From positions 160,001 through 224,000 of the forward strand of contig CAWKAR010000039.1 in NCBI GenBank assembly GCA_963847625.1: a stretch of DNA of 64,000 nucleotides, read 5' to 3'. A program made the translations under genes and the position numbers. The notes beneath the pieces were generated by a model. The model searched no databases, was not told where the DNA came from, and saw nothing but the letters and a program-made list of their open reading frames with translations. Source of the stretch: a candidate division FCPU426 bacterium. Its GTDB lineage: Bacteria; Oederibacteriota; Muellerivitia; Muellerivitales; Muellerivitaceae. This document shows, piece by piece, positions 1-8,012 of the stretch (position 1 is the first letter of the stretch; the number at the start of each line of letters is the position of its first letter).

Positions 1-92
1 CATGAATTTTCAGCTTAAACTCGAGGTCCAAAAGTCCTTTCAGGGTATATGATTTCAATCATCCGGGGCCCTTTTCTATTTCAAGAGTTTCC

Positions 93-120
93 CGGCATTG
101 TGGTATGATTTCAAGGTTTC
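93..120 (+). promoter_or_regulatory. Putative extended -10 promoter motif, shared with 4448-4475
   Basis: cggcattgTGGTATGATttcaaggtttc contains a TGnTAnnnT extended -10; a near-identical motif lies upstream of the paralogous gene at 4559. Confidence 0.5.
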
Positions 121-158
121 GCGGTCATCTGGAATTTATTCAAACTCCCGAGGGAAAA

Positions 159-3100
159 ATGAAAAACCTACAAAGATGGATCGGTTTGACTCTATTGGCC
201 GCGGCTTCGGCCGGCGTAGTATTCATCGGATGCACGAGGAACATGAGCGTTTCCCCCTCCGCTCCGATCACCTTAATGACGGCTACCTCCACATCGAACA
301 CTACCACGCTTCCCACCGAGACTTTCACCAACACCCTGACGGTGACACCGACGAACACCCTGCCAGGCGTGCCGACGGACACCCCGACCGTTACGCTGAC
401 GGAAACTCCGACGCTTACATCGACGAATACCCTTCCGGGCGTCCCGACGAACACCGCGACCAATTCGCCGACCTGCACCCTTACTTCGACAGCCACGTTA
501 ACCCCCACGCCGACGAACACCACTACCGGGACTCAGCCCCCGACGAATACCGCAACCAATACTTCCACCGCCACCCCAACCCGGACTTATACGGTCGCCC
601 TCACCCCAACGATGACGTCCACGCCTTGCACTGCACCTCTTCTTCTTGCATCCTATAATTTCGATACGAGTATCCAGTGCTGGACAGATTGGTCGGGAGC
701 CTCCTCAATCCCAGGCGCGACGATTCAGGTGGACAATACGAATTTCCACAGCGGGGGTGGAGCGTTGGAAATCATCCTTCCGTCAACGGCGTCCGGTGGC
801 AATATCGGCCTGGACTTTTCAAACGCGCCTGTGACGGTTCTACCAGGAAGTACGCTCGTCCTCTATTATATGGCTACTTATGCGACTTCCACCAACGTGC
901 CCAACGGCCAGCTTTTCGATTCCAGTGGCGGCTACCATTGGGGAGGTACAAAATGGCTCGGCAATTTGGCCACTACTTGGACCCCGGTCACCCTGACGTT
1001 CAACCCGAATAATCCAGACGACATACAACAAGTTGGCATGCAGGTCGGGGGTACATTCCCTTCGGCAGTCACCATTTGGATCGACGACGTCACGATTACC
1101 CTCGCTCCGACGCCCACCAGCACCTCGACCCCGACCTCCACCTCCACGCTGACCGCTACCCTTACACCTACCATCACCGATTCACCCACTCCGACTCTCA
1201 CCGCCGTACCTGGAATCACGGATATCACCTCTAGTATCGACGGGACTTGCGTCTCGGGCGATACGACCGGACTCGGCGACACCTACAGCGAAACAACCAG
1301 CACCGGCACTTACGGGCAGGGTGCGCCCGACGTCGCCTATTTGATCAATGTGAGCCAACCCACCAACCTCTATATCAGCCTTTGCGGCGCCAGCTTTAAT
1401 TCCGTGCTTTACTTGAGGACCAATCCCTCTGATCCTAGCACTACCCTGGCCCTGGACGACGATTCGGATTCCTGTGGCGATACATCCTCTTCCCTAGTGA
1501 CAGGACTTCTCACACCTGGCATCTATTACGTGATCGTGGACGGAGCGACGGCTACGGATTTCGGAACCTATAGCCTTTGCCTGAGCACCTTCAATCCTAC
1601 CTGCTCGCTGACTCCTGTGGCAGTGCCGATACCGCTGGGAAGCCCGAGCGGCACGACCGACTTGGGGACTGTGTCAACGGACGCAGTGGGGACTGGCCAT
1701 GTCGATTGGGATTTCGAGTTCGCCAATAGCTGGACCTTCACGCCCTCGGTGACTGGTGACTACACAATCTCGCTGGATTGCTTCGACGATGGAAACGGCA
1801 AGGCCCGCGTGGCGTATGAACTTTTCGATTCGGGCGCGGTTTCAATCGCGAATTCGGCCGGAAATACCCCCTTGGATCAACTGACGGTTTCATTGACCCA
1901 ACAACAATATACGGTGGTGGTATACTCCGCTTCGCAAGGAGCGCCGAGCGGGGATTACCGCCTGGTCGTCACCGCGCCGATTATTCCCACGAGCACCCCC
2001 ACTCTTACAGCAACGATGACGCCGACGGTTTGTACCGGGGCACCTGTCTTCCAGACTTCCTATACTTATGATAATTGCCTCCAGGGATGGGGTCTGGATG
2101 GATCAGTCCCTGGCGAAACTCTTTTTAATTCCACTGACGTTTACCACAACTCCGCCGACGCTTGGGGCGCCTATATACCTTTCACCGCCGGCAGTAACGC
2201 CGAGGAAATTTGCATTTACCCCGCCTATGACGCGACGACCTTGACCGGTGCGACGATCACAGCGTGGATTTATTCCACGGCCGCGGGGAACGCCCAAATA
2301 TTCATAAACAGCAATAGTTATGGTGGTTATGAAAATGGCGGTTCCGTGAACGGCGCCCTTTATTATTACACTCTTGCTCCCAATACCTGGATGCCGATCA
2401 CATTGGTGACTAATTTCAGCGGCAATGAGAATGGAAACAAGGTCGATAAGTTCGGGGTCAATGTCCTGAACATGGCCGGACCCGCCACCGTCTACCTGGA
2501 TGACGTCCAGATTACCTATATGTCGACCCCGACACCCACCTTGACGCCGACCATCACCAACACTCCATTGCTAGGCACCAGCACGCCCACGAGTACCCCC
2601 ATGCCCACGTCCACTTCTTGCACCGCACCTCTGCTTCTTCCATCCTATACTTTCGATACGGATATCCAATGCTGGTCGGATTGGTCGGGTGCCTCCTCGA
2701 TCCCAGGCGCGACGATTCAGGTGGACAATACGAACTTCCACAGCGGTGGTGGAGCGTTGGAAGTCATCCTCCCCACTGTCGCCAGCGGTGCTATGATCGG
2801 CCTGGACTTTTCAAACGCGCCCGTGACTGCTTTGGCGGGAAGCACGCTCGTTCTATGGTATATGTCATCCTCCAGTTCCCCCACCGGCCAGCTTTTCGAG
2901 TCGAGCGGTGGTTATCATTATGGCGGTACGACCTGGATCCCCTCCCTGTCTACGACATGGACTCCAGTCACCCTGACGTTCAATCCGAATAATCCCAACG
3001 ACATTCAACAATTTGGCATTCAAATCGGGAGCACCTCTACACCCGTGACCATCTGGTTCGACGATGTGACGTTCACCCAGGGGAATACCCCCACGCCCAC

Positions 3101-4289
3101 GAATACATTGCCTCCGGGTGTGCCGACCAACACGCCCACAGCAACACCTTGCAACGCGTCCAGTGTCCAAACAAGTTATCCCTTCGACACCAGCCTGGAT
3201 TGCTGGCATGTGGACACCTCAAGCCAAGCGGTTGTGAGCTCGTTTATGATTTCCAACACCCAAGTCCATTCTGGAAGCGGCGCTCTCCAAGTCGCTGTCA
3301 CCGAGCCGGCTACTGCCGCCAATGTCCAGTTTGAGTTGCAATATACACCTGCTCAGGTATTGACCGGTGTCACCATCAGCGCTTGGTTATGGGTTGATCC
3401 CAGCTTTATCGGAGGCCAGGTACAAGCGTTCGAACAAAGCGGCGGCAGCTGGAAGTGGGACAGCGGGGGATGGATTACCTTCGACGCCACCAACACTGGC
3501 CAATGGATATCAATCACATACACCCCGAATTGGACTGGCGGCGATTCCACCCAAGTCCAGCTATTCGGGTTCCAGTTTTATAACATGCCCACGAATACCA
3601 CGGGTAACATCTATGTGGACGATGTGACGCTGACTTTTGCTAACACCCCCACGTTAACTTCCACGCCGACGATAACCAACACACCAGTAGCCGGAGTGCC
3701 CACCGCCACTCCTACTAATACTCCTATCGCGCTTACGGGTGAGGTGTGGACATTTGAGGATAATGGGACTGATGGCTGGTACGTCGCTTATCCCGGGGAT
3801 GATTCCGTTGCGGTAACAAATATAACCAGTTTCGGCGGAACAACCGATACCAGCACCTATGGTTTGGATATAGTAATGGCGGGCAATGAAAATGATGTCC
3901 AAGCCGAAGTAAACAGCGGTCCTCCTGGGGCCACGGCCACTTTGCCGATTAATTTCCAGCAATATAATCTTACAGGCGTCAGTTGTCAGGCTTGGTTTAA
4001 TTCCAACCTTTGGACAGGAAACACGAATGTGTTCACAGGCTTATACGTAAAAGCCAACGGCAATGCCTACGGGGGGACCTATGGTTTGGGTGCGACCGGC
4101 CCGCAAAATACATGGATTAACAACCCTGCGGGAACCTACCCTTATGATGGTTGGAACGCGTTGACTTTTGCGCCCTCCGGCGGTACCTGGACGACGGATA
4201 ATACGAACGTGACGACGGTTGGCATTGAGGTGAATTTAGGAGCCTCGGTGCCTGGGGACTTTGTGATTGACAACGTACAGCTTTATTAA
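159..4289 (+). CDS. Large surface lipoprotein: Thr/Pro linkers, five CBM-like beta-sandwich domains and a PPC-like region
   Basis: ATG at 159 after GAGGG. Signal peptide with lipobox-like VFIGC. (T/P)-rich linkers separate ~160-aa domains that start YxFD..W and end IxxDDVxx/DNVQLY. The central APDVAY..VLYLRT..GIYYVIVDG segment is PPC-like. No catalytic motif recognised. Confidence 0.8.
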   Translation: MKNLQRWIGLTLLAAASAGVVFIGCTRNMSVSPSAPITLMTATSTSNTTTLPTETFTNTLTVTPTNTLPGVPTDTPTVTLTETPTLTSTNTLPGVPTNTATNSPTCTLTSTATLTPTPTNTTTGTQPPTNTATNTSTATPTRTYTVALTPTMTSTPCTAPLLLASYNFDTSIQCWTDWSGASSIPGATIQVDNTNFHSGGGALEIILPSTASGGNIGLDFSNAPVTVLPGSTLVLYYMATYATSTNVPNGQLFDSSGGYHWGGTKWLGNLATTWTPVTLTFNPNNPDDIQQVGMQVGGTFPSAVTIWIDDVTITLAPTPTSTSTPTSTSTLTATLTPTITDSPTPTLTAVPGITDITSSIDGTCVSGDTTGLGDTYSETTSTGTYGQGAPDVAYLINVSQPTNLYISLCGASFNSVLYLRTNPSDPSTTLALDDDSDSCGDTSSSLVTGLLTPGIYYVIVDGATATDFGTYSLCLSTFNPTCSLTPVAVPIPLGSPSGTTDLGTVSTDAVGTGHVDWDFEFANSWTFTPSVTGDYTISLDCFDDGNGKARVAYELFDSGAVSIANSAGNTPLDQLTVSLTQQQYTVVVYSASQGAPSGDYRLVVTAPIIPTSTPTLTATMTPTVCTGAPVFQTSYTYDNCLQGWGLDGSVPGETLFNSTDVYHNSADAWGAYIPFTAGSNAEEICIYPAYDATTLTGATITAWIYSTAAGNAQIFINSNSYGGYENGGSVNGALYYYTLAPNTWMPITLVTNFSGNENGNKVDKFGVNVLNMAGPATVYLDDVQITYMSTPTPTLTPTITNTPLLGTSTPTSTPMPTSTSCTAPLLLPSYTFDTDIQCWSDWSGASSIPGATIQVDNTNFHSGGGALEVILPTVASGAMIGLDFSNAPVTALAGSTLVLWYMSSSSSPTGQLFESSGGYHYGGTTWIPSLSTTWTPVTLTFNPNNPNDIQQFGIQIGSTSTPVTIWFDDVTFTQGNTPTPTNTLPPGVPTNTPTATPCNASSVQTSYPFDTSLDCWHVDTSSQAVVSSFMISNTQVHSGSGALQVAVTEPATAANVQFELQYTPAQVLTGVTISAWLWVDPSFIGGQVQAFEQSGGSWKWDSGGWITFDATNTGQWISITYTPNWTGGDSTQVQLFGFQFYNMPTNTTGNIYVDDVTLTFANTPTLTSTPTITNTPVAGVPTATPTNTPIALTGEVWTFEDNGTDGWYVAYPGDDSVAVTNITSFGGTTDTSTYGLDIVMAGNENDVQAEVNSGPPGATATLPINFQQYNLTGVSCQAWFNSNLWTGNTNVFTGLYVKANGNAYGGTYGLGATGPQNTWINNPAGTYPYDGWNALTFAPSGGTWTTDNTNVTTVGIEVNLGASVPGDFVIDNVQLY
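627..1100 (+). repeat. Intragenic domain duplication, copy 1 (copy 2 at 2619-3077)
   Basis: Both copies encode CTAPLLL.SY.FDT.IQCW.DWSGASSIPGATIQVDNTNFHSGGGALE... and are alignable at DNA level. Confidence 0.9.
2619..3077 (+). repeat. Intragenic domain duplication, copy 2
   Basis: Long identical DNA stretches with 627-1100, e.g. atcccaggcgcgacgattcaggtggacaatacgaa. Confidence 0.9.
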
Positions 4290-4307
4290 GAAGTAGTCCT
4301 GTTTGAC

Positions 4308-4343
4308 AAAGGCGGTCCGCTATTGGCGGACCGCCTTTTTTTT
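4308..4343 (+). terminator. Rho-independent terminator
   Basis: aaaggcggtccgc-tattg-gcggaccgccttt followed by a T run, 18 nt after the stop codon. Confidence 0.9.
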
Positions 4344-4447
4344 AGCGTACCGGGCGTAATGGACGGCCCGGGGTAAAAGACCCCTAGGTTGGCCGAAATC
4401 CCATCGAAAGTCCCACCCGGAGTTGGTTTTCTTCCTAAAACGAATAA

Positions 4448-4475
4448 CGGCCTTGTGGTATCATTTAAAGGTTCT
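4448..4475 (+). promoter_or_regulatory. Putative extended -10 promoter motif, shared with 93-120
   Basis: cggccttgTGGTATCATttaaaggttct. Confidence 0.5.
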
Positions 4476-4558
4476 CATAATTAAAGCTTGATTTTATCAA
4501 TGGCGGCCGGCTGTGGATTCACGGCTTAGACCTTCCTGAATAAATGGACGAGGGGAAA

Positions 4559-6259
4559 ATGAAAAACAAACAAAGTTGGATGGTTTGGACATTGCTCACT
4601 GCGGCTGCGGCCGGGGCCCTGTTCGTGGGTTGCACGAGAACCATATCCGTTCCGGCGTTGCCACCCTCCGCGAATACGTCTCCCACCAATACCCAAACGC
4701 TGACAAATACACCCACCCCGACGCCTACCCTAACCCCAACATCAACCCAAACACTAACAAATACACCCACCCCATCGCCTACTTCAACCCTAACCCCGAC
4801 ATCCACGCTCACGTCGACGTACACGCTTATCCCCACGATTGACCCAAGCATCACCCCAACCTTAACCTTCACTATTACTCTCACCCCTACGCCCACGGCT
4901 ACTTTCACTTTCACTTCCACGCCCTCCCTCACCCTGACTTCAACGGTCTCTACCACCTCCACGAATAGCTCCACCCCAACCTTTACCAGTACCCCCACCT
5001 CAACGCCGACGTTAGCTCTGTGTGCCGATCCGGCCATGATCGCCGACATGGATTGTACGCAGGGTGGGGGGGTCCCGGTCAGCCAAATCATCCTCATGGT
5101 GGACGCCAACGGGAATACCAGGAACGGGACTTGGTTCGTTTATGATAACGCAAAAACCCGGGCAGGTTGCCCTGATACGCAAAATCCCCTCAACCTGACC
5201 ACCGGTTATATAGGCAATGGCATGGAATGCACGGGGCAAGTCAATGGTTGTCCTCCAACCATGGCAGGGAATGCCCCTGCGAGTTTCGGCTTCTTTTTCG
5301 TCGCCCAGCCGGGTTATGGATTCCCCCCCGTTTATGACGCGGGCTCCCTGGGTTACACGGGCATCAGTTTCTGGGCCATGGCGAAACCCACATCCTTAAC
5401 CTACCTTAGTCCTCCCCTTTGCGGGAACGCCTTGCCTTGCCAGTTCGTGGTTCAATGGCTAAGTGGAATGACCACGCCGACCGGGAACTTGATGATTCCC
5501 CTGACGAAAAGTTGGAAGCAATATACGATTTATTTCGACCAGTTTAATACCGGAGGCACCCCTGTGGATCCTACCGCTTTATTGTTGTTAAGTTGGGGGC
5601 CTTGGACCGAAGGCAATTATCCATTCACCTACGATATCGTGGTAGACGAGGTCAAATTTGTTTCGGGCTCCGATCCCGCCCCGCCCACCCCCGTTCCGGC
5701 CGGGATGATCGATAGCAGTTCTGTTTTCTCACCAGGAAACCCGAATGCCATTAACGAAGTCTCCGGCCCCTTGGGAGTTCCGCCTAACTATTGGTTCACC
5801 TACGGCGCAGCGAGCTGTCCTTCCACCGTGACGACTTTCAACCCATGGGGGGCGTCTTTTTTCAGGTCCATGAACACGGATACCTCCGGCAATCCGGATC
5901 TTTGGTGCGTAGATTATGCCGGTACTGGTGGCGGAAATATCGGGTTTGGTGTCTCCGCGGGAGGCAACGGGACCACACCTTTAGACATTAGTCAGGGAGG
6001 CCTGTATTCAAACATTGAGTTCCTTTGCAAAGAGGGGCCCACGGGCGGTGCCGGCGCCACGAATTGGAATTTAGTAACCACAAATTCAAGCGGTACCGCT
6101 GGTTCTTGGCCCGTGACTTTGACCACGAGCTGGCAGAATTTCTCACAACCTTTTACGGCCTCAGCTGGGTTTTCACCCCAGTATGTATTGCAATTCATCT
6201 GGCAGTTTCAGGGAACGGGAGCATTCGACCTGATGCTGGACAACATCCAGGTCTATTAA
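4559..6259 (+). CDS. Surface lipoprotein with a long Thr/Pro linker and two CBM11-like domains
   Basis: ATG at 4559 after GAGGGG. The N-terminus (LLTAAAAGALFVGCTR) is paralogous to the gene at 159. CBM11/CIA30-like motifs YTGISFWA, LTKSWKQYTIYF, DIVVDEVKF, LMLDNIQVY. Confidence 0.8.
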   Translation: MKNKQSWMVWTLLTAAAAGALFVGCTRTISVPALPPSANTSPTNTQTLTNTPTPTPTLTPTSTQTLTNTPTPSPTSTLTPTSTLTSTYTLIPTIDPSITPTLTFTITLTPTPTATFTFTSTPSLTLTSTVSTTSTNSSTPTFTSTPTSTPTLALCADPAMIADMDCTQGGGVPVSQIILMVDANGNTRNGTWFVYDNAKTRAGCPDTQNPLNLTTGYIGNGMECTGQVNGCPPTMAGNAPASFGFFFVAQPGYGFPPVYDAGSLGYTGISFWAMAKPTSLTYLSPPLCGNALPCQFVVQWLSGMTTPTGNLMIPLTKSWKQYTIYFDQFNTGGTPVDPTALLLLSWGPWTEGNYPFTYDIVVDEVKFVSGSDPAPPTPVPAGMIDSSSVFSPGNPNAINEVSGPLGVPPNYWFTYGAASCPSTVTTFNPWGASFFRSMNTDTSGNPDLWCVDYAGTGGGNIGFGVSAGGNGTTPLDISQGGLYSNIEFLCKEGPTGGAGATNWNLVTTNSSGTAGSWPVTLTTSWQNFSQPFTASAGFSPQYVLQFIWQFQGTGAFDLMLDNIQVY

Positions 6260-6273
6260 CACTTTCGACAACT

Positions 6274-6309
6274 AAAAGCCCAAGGCCGGTTCCAGCCTTG
6301 GACTTTTTT
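6274..6309 (+). terminator. Probable rho-independent terminator
   Basis: ccaaggc...gccttgg hairpin flanked by A and T runs. Confidence 0.7.
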
Positions 6310-6499
6310 ATTGTATTTCAACCCTTTTCTGCGATCTTCTTCAATGATTTCGAAGCGGTTCCCATGGCAGGGTTGTTTCAAGATTTTCATTGTTCTTTCA
6401 GAAACTGTTTAGGAATTTTAAAATTTTTTAGGGAAAAGGTTCCTTTTCTCCGTTATGCTTTCCTCCTGTCAACCAAGTCCTGAACCATGGGAGGAAAAT

Positions 6500-7795
6500 A
6501 TGAGGCGTATCATCCAAATCGCGGCGGCGTGCCTGGCGTTGGCGCTGTTATTCCAGGCGGGTTGTTTCCCGAAACCCGGGGAGAAAGCCGTCCGGGTGGC
6601 GGTTTTCACCACCGACCCCATCCTGATCAAGATCCTGAACGACACCATCAAGGGAATCGAGTCCCGCCACCCGGGCCTCAAGATCCAAATGGAAAACATC
6701 CCCTACAACCAGTACATGGACAAGATCACCATGGAAATGGGCGCCAACGACGCGCCGGACGTGATCAGCGTGGAGGCCAGCAACTTCGCGGACATGTACA
6801 CCCGGGGCGCCTTCGAGAACCTGATGCCCTATTTCCAAGCCGACAAGATGGACCCCAAGGACTATTACGCCTCGGCCCTGAGGCGCTACAGCCCCGACGG
6901 CGGGCTTTACGCCATCCCCACCGACATCGCCCCCACGGGTCTGCTTTACTACAATAAGAAGCTTTTCGACGAGGCCGGGGTGCCCTATCCCGACCTCAAA
7001 TGGAAATGGCCGGAGCCTTTCCTCACCTACTGCAAGAAGCTCTCGAAGAGGGACGCCAAGGGAAAGACCACCCAGTGGGCCTTCGCCGACCCCTACGGCA
7101 CCAACGCGGATGACTTCATGTTCAGCAACGGGGGATACTTCATGGACAGCGAGGACCACCCCACGCGCCTGGCGATGGACACGCCCCGGGTGCTGGAGGC
7201 CTACCGCTTCCGCTGGGACATGAGCTACACCTACCACGTGTCGCCCACCTACAGCGAGATCCAGAACTTCAACTTCGGAAACGGCGCGGAGCACATGTTC
7301 ATGAACGGCCTGGTGGCCATGATGTGCTCGGGCGTATGGCACACGGTGGGCTTCCTCCAGAAGAAGGATTTGGAGTTCGACGTGACGGAATTCCCCATGG
7401 GACCCCACGGGGACCGGGGCTGGGGCACCGGGGGGACGGGCTGCGCCATGTGGAAGGGCTCCAAGAACAAGGCTCGGGCCTGGGAAGTGATCAAGGAACT
7501 GGCGGGCGCGGACCTGGTGACCCAATTGACCCAAACGGGCATGCTCCAGCCGGCGCTCCTCAAAGTGGCCAATTCGGACGCCTTCCTGAAGAGCCCCGGG
7601 GCGGCCAACAAGAAGATCCTCCTGCAGATGCCGCAATATTCCCATTACTCGCCCTTCCTCAAGGGCTGGAGCGAGATCTGGAACGGCCAGGTGGGCCCGG
7701 GCATGGACCCGGCCTGGATGGGGAACAAGACGCCCGAGGAGGTCGTACCCCAACTGAACGCGGCGATCAACAAGAAGTATTTCGGGAAACCGTAA
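6500..7795 (+). CDS. Sugar ABC transporter solute-binding lipoprotein (family 1)
   Basis: ATG at 6500 after GGAGG; lipobox FQAGC; APDVI, LYAIP..LLYYNKKLFDEAGVPYP..W.W and FMNGLVAM motifs. Confidence 0.9.
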   Translation: MRRIIQIAAACLALALLFQAGCFPKPGEKAVRVAVFTTDPILIKILNDTIKGIESRHPGLKIQMENIPYNQYMDKITMEMGANDAPDVISVEASNFADMYTRGAFENLMPYFQADKMDPKDYYASALRRYSPDGGLYAIPTDIAPTGLLYYNKKLFDEAGVPYPDLKWKWPEPFLTYCKKLSKRDAKGKTTQWAFADPYGTNADDFMFSNGGYFMDSEDHPTRLAMDTPRVLEAYRFRWDMSYTYHVSPTYSEIQNFNFGNGAEHMFMNGLVAMMCSGVWHTVGFLQKKDLEFDVTEFPMGPHGDRGWGTGGTGCAMWKGSKNKARAWEVIKELAGADLVTQLTQTGMLQPALLKVANSDAFLKSPGAANKKILLQMPQYSHYSPFLKGWSEIWNGQVGPGMDPAWMGNKTPEEVVPQLNAAINKKYFGKP

Positions 7796-7821
7796 AAGAA
7801 AAAAGCTAAACCGAATCATTC

Positions 7822-7916
7822 GCCACATGCCAATCTTCCATGAAGCTTAAAAAGAGATTGGTATCGTACCGATCTCCAATAATTTTTATGGATGATCGGC
7901 ACGGATTCAGGGGATG
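7822..7916 (+). repeat. Dispersed 95-bp palindromic repeat arm (second copy at 59232-59326)
   Basis: 93/95 identical to 59232-59326 by direct comparison. Confidence 0.95.
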
Positions 7917-8012
7917 ACTTTAAATAAATTTGTGGTAGTTTTTCGATCTATGAAAATCCACAATCATTCATAATTCAAAATTGAGAATTCATAATTTTAG
8001 TTAAAGGTTCCC

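Noticed and set aside
627..3077. Duplicated domain as a DGR template/variable repeat pair
   Set aside because: Differences are largely synonymous third-position changes rather than adenine-specific, both copies are in-frame coding, and there is no reverse transcriptase in the window.
6340..6432. Decayed copy of the palindromic repeat arm
   Set aside because: Only short AT-rich word matches (catggcag, aactgtttagg); not distinguishable from chance by eye.
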